Origin: Camelus dromedarius
Lineage: Eukaryota
DNA length: 64,000 nucleotides
Direction: 5' to 3'
NCBI RefSeq assembly: GCF_036321535.1
Contig: NC_087453.1
Coordinates: 47,058,001-47,122,000, forward strand
Within the stretch, counting starts at the first letter, position 1; every line of letters begins with the position of its first letter. Shown here in pieces: positions 1 to 10,700 of this stretch. The position numbers and the translations under genes were made by a program. Under the pieces are notes generated by a model. The model had not been told where the DNA came from, did not search any database, and saw nothing but the letters and a program-made list of their open reading frames with translations.

Positions 1-349
1 GTGGGGGGGCGCCATCTGGACCCTCTCCTGGGCAGTCTGCCGGCTCCCCGAGCCCACAGGCAGAGGCCCTTCATACAGCATCATGGTGGGTGGGGGGACC
101 TGGGGGACAGGCAATGGCCCCACCAGGCACCCTCTGGGGAGCCCCCATCCACGACGGGCGGATTCAGCACCCCCGCCCATCACCCAGGTGGAGACCTGAG
201 CTCCCGAGCCCGGCCCCAGGCCGCCGCTGGATTCTGCTTTTCCTCCCTCTTTAGCTTTTAACCCATCCGGGCACCTGTGAAGTCCTCCACGCCACGTGCT
301 CTCACTGCTACGTTGGTCTGATTTTATGTCTTACGGTTCCTGTTTCCAG

Positions 350-493
350 GTGAGCTGCACTTTCGTGGTGGACTCGCAACCCTGGATCACCCAGTTCACC
401 CTTGTGAACAGCACCTGCCAGCAGAACCAGGGGAAGGGGCCCCCATCTCCCGCAGCAGACCCTCTTCCTCTGGATGACGTTCTGGGGTCCTAG
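350..493 (+). CDS. CST12: Terminal coding exon of a CRES-subgroup cystatin, most likely cystatin-12 (upstream exons lie outside the window)
   Basis: Acceptor tgtttccAG at 348-349, phase 0. Reads VSCTFVVDSQPWITQFTLVNSTCQQ...GS*, the cystatin exon-3 pattern (C-x-F-x-V...PW...NSTC). Resembles mouse Cst12 C-terminus as recalled, and the position just upstream of CST8 fits known gene order. Confidence 0.7.
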   Translation: MSCTFVVDSQPWITQFTLVNSTCQQNQGKGPPSPAADPLPLDDVLGS

Positions 494-715
494 GTCTGTG
501 CAGCACCAAGGGAAGTAAAGGCACCTCAGATCACTCTGGGCCCCTGTCAGTTCTGTGTGCTCCCCAATGGTCCGTTTCCATGGATGTCGCCGCCAGTGAC
601 GAGTGATGGAGAAGTTGTCACTGTTGTTCCCACCTGGGCAGCAGGTGCAGCATGCTGAGCCAATCAAACCCTCAGCTCCTGTGGGGGTGCCCTCCCTGGT
701 TCTTGCAGGGGTCCC

Positions 716-1083
716 NNNNNNNNNNNNNNNNNNNNNNNNNNNNNNNNNNNNNNNNNNNNNNNNNNNNNNNNNNNNNNNNNNNNNNNNNNNNNNNNNNNNN
801 NNNNNNNNNNNNNNNNNNNNNNNNNNNNNNNNNNNNNNNNNNNNNNNNNNNNNNNNNNNNNNNNNNNNNNNNNNNNNNNNNNNNNNNNNNNNNNNNNNNN
901 NNNNNNNNNNNNNNNNNNNNNNNNNNNNNNNNNNNNNNNNNNNNNNNNNNNNNNNNNNNNNNNNNNNNNNNNNNNNNNNNNNNNNNNNNNNNNNNNNNNN
1001 NNNNNNNNNNNNNNNNNNNNNNNNNNNNNNNNNNNNNNNNNNNNNNNNNNNNNNNNNNNNNNNNNNNNNNNNNNNNNNNNNNN
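716..1083. other. Assembly gap (368 N)
   Basis: Run of N in the sequence. Confidence 0.99.
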
Positions 1084-2589
1084 CATTCCTTTGATCATTC
1101 TTCCTCCAATCTCTCCATTCATTCCACTAAAATGCAATGCAGATGGTTTTCCCAGTGATAGCCACCTGTGTCCTCTTTGTGTCCATCTTTGATGCTGGGC
1201 TCACAGTGGGGTGTCCCTTTGTGGGGGCACCATGCCCAGGCCCAGGGGTAGGAGGTGGTGACTGAGATGACAGCAGGCTCTGTCCTCTGTGGACCCCATC
1301 AGGACACTTGTCCCGGGAGCTGCCTGTGTGATGTCCCCTCTGGGGATGGCCCAGAAGATGGCAGTTCTGGTCCCCACCTCCCATCCTGCCCCTCGATGTC
1401 TATGTTCCCTGACCAGGGCCCAGCCTGGCCTCTGTGGCCGTCAGCACTGACCAGTAGCCTGGAGACAGGCCCTGAGATGACAGACCCCCGCCTCCTAGGT
1501 CCTTGTCGGGAGCTACCCTGGAGGGGCCTAGGGAAGGGGCAGGACTGGATCAGAGACGGGGTGGTGTGCCGTCTGGTGGGGTACCCAGCGGGAGGGGCTG
1601 AGGCGTCCTCCCTCCGGCCTCTTGAATGTTGGGGATCTGGTTTGCGTGCCTGTGGTTGGCAGTCTGTCCCTTTCCCTGCTGGTCAGTCACCAGCTGGGGG
1701 CCTGTCCCGTGTCATTGTACCCTGGACAAACCCCCCAGATTCAGCCCAGTCACTAGTCCCAAATCCTTAGGGAGTGAAAATATACTTGGGGCTCACGATA
1801 CAAGCACACAATATAAAAACTGACATGCATTTTGTGAATCCCTGATTTCCATGAAACCCAGAGGTTTTATGGGGGCCTGGCTTGGAGATGCAGGCCTTGG
1901 AGGGTGCTTGCTGGGAGTCCCCCTTCACCCAGATCTCACCCCTGGGGAGTGCTTGCAGAAGGCAGCAGGGAAGGAGGGGTCGGTAAGAAAGAGAAGAGTC
2001 GGGTGACCTAAGGACAGCGGCAGGAGCACAAGCGTCTGCAGGACTGGAAACGTCAGACCCCGGTGCCCGAGGCCTCCTGACCCAGGGACGGGGAGGGGAG
2101 CAGGGCAGAGGGGCACTTGTGGCTGAGCCCCTGGAGGTGACAGACGGTCAGGTCCTGCGCGGCCCACACGCACCCGCACACCCGCACACCCGCAGCTCCC
2201 CACCAGGAGCGGCCCTTCTGTCTGCCCCACTTCTGCTCACATCCCCGTGTCCCCGTGCCAGGGCTACTTTCCCTCTTTCTTTTTTCCTAACTATTAAAGC
2301 AATGCATATGAAATACAGGAAACGTGAAAAATACAAATGTAAAGAAAAATCCAAAGTGAATGTTTTTTTCATCAAGGCAAGAGCATTGCTTCACTCAACA
2401 AACAATGACATGTTCTCTATGCCTGGCCTGGCTCCTGGCTCTGGCGGTGATACAATGAGTGACAGGAAGGAGTCCCTGCCTGAGAAAGCCTGTTTTCTCT
2501 CTCGAGGGGGTAGACAGACAATACAGATGTTCACCAATAAGTAACTGAAGGTTATAAGAGACAATGTGTTGAAACAGTGATGAAGACAG

Positions 2590-2732
2590 GAGCAGCGGGG
2601 AGCATCTGGGAGCAGCGGGGAGCAGCTGGGAGCAGCGGGGAGCATTTGGGAGCAGCGGGGAGCTGCAGGGAACATCTAGGAGCAGCGGGGAGCATCTGGG
2701 AGCATCTGGGAGCAGCAGGGAGCAGTGGGGAG
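2590..2732. repeat. 10-bp minisatellite, about 14 units of AGCA(G/T)C(G/T)GGG
   Basis: agcagcgggg agcatctggg agcagcgggg agcagctggg ... visible in register. Confidence 0.9.
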
Positions 2733-2926
2733 AGGCACTTTAGATTTGGGGGGTCTGTGTTGAGACTTGCAGGCAGATGAACCAGGATGAGTGGCTGCGT
2801 GGAGGGGAGGGAGGAACCCCAAGCCCCCCGAGAGGAAGCTGTGCCTGGTGCTTGGAGGTGGGAGAGGCTGCGAGGGATGAGGATGAAGAGGCCGCCCACA
2901 TGACACAGTGTGATGGATTCTCCTGC

Positions 2927-3075
2927 GTTTTGTTTTGTTTTGTTCTTTGGGATTTTTGCGGTGCGGGGGGGGGGGTAATTAGGTTTACTTACCTTAATGG
3001 AGGGACTGGGGACTGAACCCAGGACCTCGTGCATGCTAAGCGTGTGCTCTACCACTGAGCTCTCCCCTCCCCCCC
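2927..3075 (-). mobile_element. tRNA-derived SINE (camelid Vic-1 type)
   Basis: Reverse strand reads gggagagctcagtggtagagcacacgcttagcatgcacgaggtcctgggttcagtccccagtccctccattaa... with A/B-box-like motifs and an A-rich tail. Confidence 0.85.
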
Positions 3076-4277
3076 GATTCTCCTACGTTTTTTCATAACA
3101 TTTGTATTTATGAAGAATTGGATCCTATTCAGTGTTTTGCATCTTGTGCATGACTTTTTCTTTATAAGCATTTTCCAACATTATTGAGAATTCGCCAAAT
3201 ACGGAAACACCTGTGTAACTCTGCGGAGATTCTGGAAAGGTGTTTGTAGCGACTGACCATGAGAAACACCAGCCTCCACCAATAGTCGAAGGGCAATGCG
3301 GCGGGTTCCCACCAGCAGTGGTTAGGGCCACCCACCCGCGAGGTGGGGGCTGTCACTTCCCACACGCTGCCCAAGGTCGGGAGCCGGGCAGCCTTCATAT
3401 CCTGGGACCAGTGCCCACCTCTCTGCACCCCCCAGAATGTGCTGGACTTTCACAGGGAAGCAGAGCGTCGGAGAGCCCTGGGGAGAGTGCGCCCCCTTGT
3501 CCTAAGGCCTGGGCGCCAGGATGGGCTGTGACCCACGGCCCTCGGCAGGACAGCAGAGGGAGTCCAGAGTCACGGCACCGGTGGGCAGGAGACCGCTGGG
3601 GCACCCTCCACCCCGAGGGCAGGAGGTGCTCGTCCACTGCGTGAGCTGCCTGGACCGAGGGCCAGTGACCGGCAGGGCAGAGGTGCCCTCCCGGAGGCAG
3701 GGTTGCAGGTGCAGGATTACATCACAAAGTGTGACCTCCCTGCAGGGCGTGGACTCAGAAGGTGAAGACAGACCAGGGATCAGGAGCAGGAGGCCCCAGA
3801 CCAGAGCTTGGGGGCAGCTGGAAGTGCTGGTTCACAGGAGAACCCCGGGCGAGGGCTGGGTCAGCACCCAACTCCACAGGAGGGGCAGCAGTTTGGAAAG
3901 GGGGCCAGAGCGGGAAGACTCAGGGCAGCCACAGCCTTCACGGCTGCACAGACGCAGAAGCAGGAGTAGGCGGTGAGGCACTCAGGGTAGGTGTGGACCC
4001 CGAGTCCAAGTGCTGTCGCTGGAGCCGCAGACCCACCCAGGATGAGTGGGGCGGGAGGCCGGTGGGGCGCCCTTCACTGGCTCCCGTGGGGGGGCTCCTT
4101 GGAGGACAGAGGGTGCCCCCCGGGCAGCCCTGACAGCTCTGTCTCAATCCAGCTGGGCTGACGCTCTCACAGCAAGATCTGTGAACCTGCGCGGGAGCAG
4201 CGGCCACCCCACCCCGCCTGCGGCTCCAGCCCTGAGACGCCAAGGAAGCCCACCTCTGGCCCCTGGACGGAGGGACC

Positions 4278-4508
4278 ATGACCAGACCCTGGGGGACCCG
4301 CCTGCTCCTGCTCACCATTCCGCTGGCCCTGGTGGACAGCGCGGACCTCGACAAGACGAAAGTCAAGGTGCTGAGAGAACTGAAGAAAGTCAGCCCCTCC
4401 AGCGCCAACGTGAGGCAGTGCCTGTGGTTTGCCATGCAGGAGTTCAACAGGGAGAGCGCTGAGAAGCACCTCTTCCAGGTGGTCAAGGTGCTGCAAGTCC
4501 ACCTGCAG
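4278..4508 (+). CDS. CST8: Cystatin-8 (CRES) coding exon 1: signal peptide and helix
   Basis: MTRPWGTRLLLLTIPLALV...SANVRQCLWFAMQEFNRES...LQVHLQ, 77 codons, donor GTAAGG at 4509. The LLTIPLALV and NVxQCLWFAMQE motifs are characteristic of CST8. Confidence 0.95.
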
Positions 4509-4863
4509 GTAAGGCGCCTCCCCCGGTTGGTGCATTTGCACCTGGTGGCCCAGACCGAGGCCAGGCTAGGAGGGCGGGCGTGGGGGTCCCTGGTACCAGC
4601 GGTAGCAAACGTGCGCCCCACACCCTGGAGGTAGGAGGTCTCGCCTTCGAGGAGGTCCCACACCGGATGGAGCCGCCCCAGACAGCCGGTGGGGCCAGGT
4701 CAGGGCATTGGGATGTGGTGGGTGCCATAGACCCCCCGCTAAAGGTGTGTTTGGGGAGAGAGGAAACGGGGGGGGGGGGCAGAAGTTGTTTAGGGCTTGC
4801 TGAAACTCTCAAAAAGTAAAATACAGCTTTTTTGAGCAAAGTCGCACGATTGCTCATCGACAG

Positions 4864-4977
4864 GTCACAGATTGTTTGGAATACCTCATCGAGGCTGAAA
4901 TTGCCCGCACCAATTGCAGGAAGCTCCCCAACAGCAACGAGAGCTGTGTCCCGAAGGAAAACCCCAGACTGGAGAAG
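4864..4977 (+). CDS. CST8: Cystatin-8 coding exon 2
   Basis: Canonical 114-nt phase-0 cystatin exon, cAG/GTAGGT. VTDCLEYLIEAEIARTNCRKLPNSNESCVPKENPRLEK. Confidence 0.95.
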
Positions 4978-5798
4978 GTAGGTGCAAACCAACTGTCTGC
5001 GGTGGCCTTGGCTGCTCTGAGCCCCCCGCAGAACTCGGGGTACCGAGACCTTCTCCTTGAGGTCAGCATCACTCCTGGTGTTTAGACAGCAGGGTCCCAC
5101 CTGCAGAGTCTGATTCAGTGGGTCTGGGGTGGGACCCAGGAACTGGCATAGCTAACAAGCCCCGGCAGGGTGAGGGGAGCTGCTTGGGCCTCGGTGCCTC
5201 ACCTGGAGAACGCATCTGCTCCACGCATCTCGGCGTGGGAAACAGGGCCCGCTGACAGGTGCCCGTGGTTACCTGTGCCCAGAACGGCGTCTGTGAACTC
5301 CCGTGAGCAGGTCTGCCGACTGCAGCCGCAGACACCCGGCACGACAGACACTTCCAGCAGCGGTATGTCTGGGCCATCCCATCTTTTATGTCGGTTTTGT
5401 CTTTTCCCGGAAGCAGAGTGTGGTGGTTTCAATTTCTGTTTTCTGCTGGGCTGGTTGTGGTTGCAGGAAAGTTGTTGCTTTTTAGCTCTTTGTAGCAAAT
5501 GCTAAAGAGAAGGGAGGAGAATTGTCTCCAAGGGGCTCGTTTGTTCTGCCGTTCCCATGGCCCACCTCGGGCATGAGACCAGGTCTTCACGCAACACGTT
5601 TATCAGTGAGGAAAACCTCGCCTCCTCCTCTCCAAGTGTTTCGAGCCGCGCGGAAAGGGAGCGACGCTGGCCACTGCTCGTGCTCCTGGATTCAATGGGG
5701 TTCTTTGCAGTATTTACGTCATCACTAAATATTCTGTCGTGTTGGTTTCTGAAATTCCTTCAACACTCGTTTCACTATTTTTTAAATTAAGAATGTTT

Positions 5799-5895
5799 CA
5801 GAGGGTGGGACTAGCTCAGAGGTCAAGTGCAAGCTTAGCCTGCACGAGGTCCTGGGCTCAAGCCAGCACCTCCATTAAAAATAATAAGAATAACA
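5799..5895 (+). mobile_element. tRNA-derived SINE (Vic-1 type) in CST8 intron
   Basis: gagggtgggactagctcagaggtc...gcttagcctgcacgaggtcctgggctcaagccagcacctccattaaaaataataa. Confidence 0.8.
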
Positions 5896-7699
5896 TTTAA
5901 AAAATTAATCAATCGAGAGTGTTTCCTTCTAGGAGTTCTCCTTTCAGCAGCTGCACGCACACTAAGTGGCCCTTCTCCTCTGACCCACTCGTGCAATAGA
6001 CTGAAACAGCAGGTTCCTCAACGGCGAGCCCTTCTTCCCCGTCCGGGACACGGAGCACCTGTCCCTTCTTGGCAGTTCTCCGGCCTGACTCGAACGTCAG
6101 GGTTAGTTCTCACCCCCATTGACTGACGGTGGCGACAGGTGCACAGGGAGCCTGGGTGCGGGTTTCGTTGGTGAGTCTGCACCTCTTCAAGGTCCTGGGC
6201 GGCTGCGCGTGGGCGCGGCGGGGCGCCTCCTTGCTCCTCGGACCCGCTCGGCTCTGTGGAGCCTGCTGCCCACGTGCACGCCTGGCATTCCCGTGTCTTT
6301 GATGGCAAATGTCCAGGTCTCTCTGGGTGCGGGGGCGCAGTTCCAGAGGGCCACCCGGGAATACGCTCGTGCACGTTGAGGTATGGTTGGCTTCAGTTCA
6401 TATTTTGTATTTTTACATTTTACATAACTCCACTAACTGGAGTTAGTGTTAGCTGGGTGACAGCAGGTCGGCCCCCTCCTCGGGTCCCCTCCCTTTGTGG
6501 GCGCTGTTCCGCGGGGCCAGGCTGGGAGGGACGGCTGGTCGGGGGGGGGTGTCTCTTCTTGCGGCTTAGGGTGCAGGGGGTCCATGAACCACTGTCCATG
6601 TAGGAACTTTGCTTTTATGTGTACGAAGTGCTCACAATCCCCTAGTGTGGAGAATGCGTCCCCACATGCACGCAGACACAAGGGCACGCACGCGAACACA
6701 CACACACAAGGATCATGGCCTCGTCCCAAACTACTGAACCAGAAAGTCAGGTCCAGACACCCCCCACCCCCGTCGTGTCGCTGGAGCACCCTGCGTTAGG
6801 GACAATGACTGTTTGATACGCGGCCGCCCTTCATTTGCTGGTGTTTTAGGGTGCTCCATTTAGTCGGGGAGTGAGGGTTATAATTGGTTTCTCAGTTCTG
6901 TTTGGTTCCAGGGTTTCTCTGGTCTGGTGTCATGAGAATGAGGCTTTCCATCGTTTCTGTGATCTGGTTCCGTTAAAGACCAAAGGAGGTTTGGGGTCCC
7001 AGGGCTCGATGACTTGGTGTTTTTTGCGGGTTTGTGGGAGGAGGAGGCGCGTAATCCCCTTCTGCACATGGCCAGGACCCACAGGGACCTAAGCCCTTCT
7101 CCCTGCCACCCTGGGGTGCTGAGTGCCTTCCAGGCAGCGACGGAAGACGCCCTTCGCTGTCTTCCAGGACCGCTACCTGCCTGGCCCCGTCCTCCGTCCC
7201 TGCCCCCGTGCACCCGTCTGTGACCCACACATGGAACATTTCACTTGTCATTTCAGTGGCATTTCGAGGAGAGAAGTGGCCTTTGGAGGAAAAGTTCCGT
7301 TCGGCCCCAGAACCCGCCACATTGCTCTTTCCCTGGTGTCCGCGTTCTCAGGGCCCAGGGCGTTACCGGGGCTTTACGATCACCCACATCACACTGTGCC
7401 TGGCACAGAACCGCGGCACTTAGGCTGTAGAAAATACTCGTGAGCATTAAAAACAAAATCAGCTTTGCATCCGGTCTCCCCCCAAAATATGATGATTATT
7501 GGTACTTGCTGTCCCTCGGTGGGCGGGGCGGTGGGGACCGAGGCCCCTGCAGGTCCCTGCGTGTACGGCCTGCCGCCTCCAGCCAGCAGGCTCCCGGGGA
7601 CCGCCCTTGGGCTGACGACCGTCTTCCTAAGCTGACGCCCGGCACCTTGCCTTCTCTCGTGGCCGCTGATGAGCTCTGCGTGGTGCTGGTCTCTTTCAG

Positions 7700-7783
7700 A
7701 TTCGGAGGTGCACCTTCCTGGTGGGCGCGCTCCCCTGGCACGGCGACTTCACCGTGATGAGGAAAGAGTGCGTGGACGTCTAG
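7700..7783 (+). CDS. CST8: Cystatin-8 coding exon 3
   Basis: Acceptor ctctttcAG; [27 protein letters not shown]. Spliced protein is 77+38+27 = 142 aa. Confidence 0.95.
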   Translation: MRRCTFLVGALPWHGDFTVMRKECVDV

Positions 7784-10700
7784 GGGCCCCGGGCCCCGCT
7801 GCAGCCCCCTCCTCCACGCCGGGAGCCCGGCGTGCGCGCTCTCACCAACACGCTTTCCTCACCGCTGCCCGTGGCTTGCTGTTTTGCTTCCTAGTCTCGC
7901 ATCAGCTGGTGGCAAAAGATGGGCGTGTCCCAGTCCTCCTTCCTGGCCTGGGGGAGGCTGCTCGCCGTGCAGCCCGCGGTGCACCGCCACCAGGAACAAG
8001 GACCGTTTGTCACTGAGCATAAAGTGGTGGGGGGTAAGGTCTGACTCTCTCTCCCACTGACGTCTCGGGGGAATCCCTTTGTGATGGGTACCGCCCCTCA
8101 CAGGGGCCTGAGCCCAGTGGGTACCAACTCCCAGGTGCCCCTGGGAGGCGTCCTTCAGCTTGAGGGCCGGATCACCTGGGTGGGCTGGGGGCCGCCCTGG
8201 CAGAAGCAGCGCTCCCCACCCCCAGGGGTCTCTGTGAACTGGGGGAATTGGTGTATCTTTTGCTGTAAATGTCAACGGTGGTCACAGAGAGGGAGGGGTG
8301 AGGGCAGTAAAGCCTAAAGAGGAAGCCCAGTGTTCACATGTGTCTGTGTGTGCAGGTGTGTGTGCAGGAGTGTGTGCTGGACTGGGAGGCAACAGGGCCG
8401 GAGGGGGGCAGGCTCATGGCCTGTGTGCGCCTTGGAGGGGGTCCCCTTCCTACGTGCTCGGTACACAGAGACCCAGTAGGTGCATTTCTAGGGTCTCCAA
8501 AGGAGCCTGGGGCAAAGGGTCAAGACCCGGAGATGGCAGTGTGTGCAGTGGCCCCCAGCGTCCACCCTGTGTGGGGTTGGGGGTGTGGCCCCTTGGACCA
8601 GCCCTGGGAATGGACCCAGGCCAGCGAAGGGGGCTGCTCCCCCTTGACCTCGTGAATGAAATGAGGAGACCATTCTGTTTCCGAGGATCATGGGATAAAG
8701 ATTCAGGTTCACTCCTGAGAAACAGAGGAACTCGGCCAGGGAGGAGGGAGGGGAGGAGTGGCCAGGCTGTGGCCAGAGCAGAGGCCCAGGAGGCCCAACC
8801 TGCATGACCAGCCTGGGTCGGGGAGAGATGGGGCCCTTCTGCTAATGGTGGGTCCTGTGCCCACGTGCTGGCCTCGGTGGTGAATGGCACTTCTGCCCTG
8901 GAGGCCCGGGACTGAGACGGGTCCTGCACTGGCCTGGCCAAAACGGCTCCTGCCCATCCTCCCAGCTCCGCCCCTCCACCAGGGCCATCTGTGGGTGCTG
9001 CTGTCACAAAACTGAAACCAAGCGGACACGGCCAAAGGTGCATCAAGGGGACGTGAGCCTAACCAGTGGGGAGGCCAGCTCACCAGCTTCTGCTGGATGT
9101 GCGGGTCAGCTCGCTGCCGCCAGCCTCACCCAGGGTCAGCGAGAGCCTCACTCCTCCCCGAGGAACCGTCCTCTCCTGCAGACTGCCTGGTGGATCGTCC
9201 AGGAGGAGAGGCGACTTGCAGGGCCTGGACGACCCTTGTGCAGGCCACTGACGACGCCAGTGGGGACCAAATGTGCCTTCGTGCGCCCATGCGGCCCATA
9301 ACATTTTATGCCCCAGCTCTACCCCGCGCACCGCCCAGTTACCCGGCGGCAGGTCTACTGCGGCCCCATGCCTGTCAGCAGAGATGCTCCACACGGGCAC
9401 TCACACACCCTGCCCCTCCCTCAGTGCTCCCCACCCTGGTGCTGGGCAGCCGCCCAACTCCCCTGCAGCCGCTGGCCTGGCCTCTGTGGCCTAAGGAAGG
9501 CTTCCCCAGGAAGCGGGGGGAGTGGAGGCCAGAGTGCGCGGGGCATGGGCACGCGCGGAGGAGCTGTGGGCCAGGCTTGGCAGGTGGAGCCCGGAAGCCG
9601 CAGTGTCTGACTGTCTTTGCACAGAGCCTGGCCACCCGGGACCAGTCCCGGGTGACAGCCTCCCTTCCCAGGCGTCAGCGTGTTTGTGCACAGGGAAGTG
9701 AGGCTCGGGCCCTGGTGGGGCCGCAGGAGCCCCCTGGCCGGGGGGCGAGGCCAGGAGCGGGGGCAGCGTGCAGCCACCTCCCAGACACCGGCGGGTCTGC
9801 GCCGCAGGCGCTGGCCCCTGCAAGGGCAGGGCCACGGCCTCAGGCCAGCGCAGGAAGTGGGGTTCTCGTCCCAGCTCTGCCACCTTCTACCTCCAGGGCC
9901 TCGTCTGCTCACCTTTACTTTGGACAACAGCACACCTGCCTCTCTGAGCGGTGCTGGGACCAGGGCGGGGGAGGGGACGCGGGGCCAGCACTTCTCACGG
10001 GGGAGGGGTGATGCTTTGGCCCAGCTGTCAATCAATGCTTGGACGCTTACACCTGCGGGTCCCTGCTGGGGTCAGGCCGGGCAGTGGCCTGGGGGACCCT
10101 TGGCAGCAGAGACCTGAGCCCTGGCCTCTGCTGCCTCCTCCCACTTCTCATTGCCAACCTCGTCCCAGTAAAGATAGAAAAGTGCTAGTTCTGTGGTCAC
10201 TGTCGTTCTTGAGCTGACACAGAGTGTAACTGTTGCAGCTTCAAAGTGGGCCAGGGACGAAACAATCTGCAGTGCTCTTGTCCGAAGCGCAGTGTCCTTG
10301 GACCGGACAACGGGGAGGGCGTGGGTCTGGGAGTCTCCGGCTTTTATCAGGACACCAGGCGCGGCTGCAGCGTGCACCCCGGGCAGATAGCACGTGAATC
10401 TGTGGGCCCTTCTGAGGAAAAGAGCTCGTCCCCTGCCCCACGCCGCCCCCACCACAGGCACTGCAGCGACAGGCTCCCAAGCTTCCGCACGCGGTGGGCT
10501 CACCCCGAGGTCTGCACGTGTGCGGTGCCCAGAACCCTGCCTGCCCCTCCCTGTGCAGAAATTCCATGTGCACGAAGGAAGCCCCTTCTGCAATCACTCA
10601 CCATCCCACCCGCCCTTGCCGGTGGGAAAAGCCAGAATGTGGCTCCAAGATGAGGAATCTGCCCTGTCATGGGACTAACTTCCACTTGCTCAGTGTCACG

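Noticed and set aside
2995-3075. tRNA-like sequences here and at about 5800, 17480 and 40014
   Set aside because: They carry SINE bodies and A-rich tails and lack a complete cloverleaf; they are SINEs, not tRNA genes.
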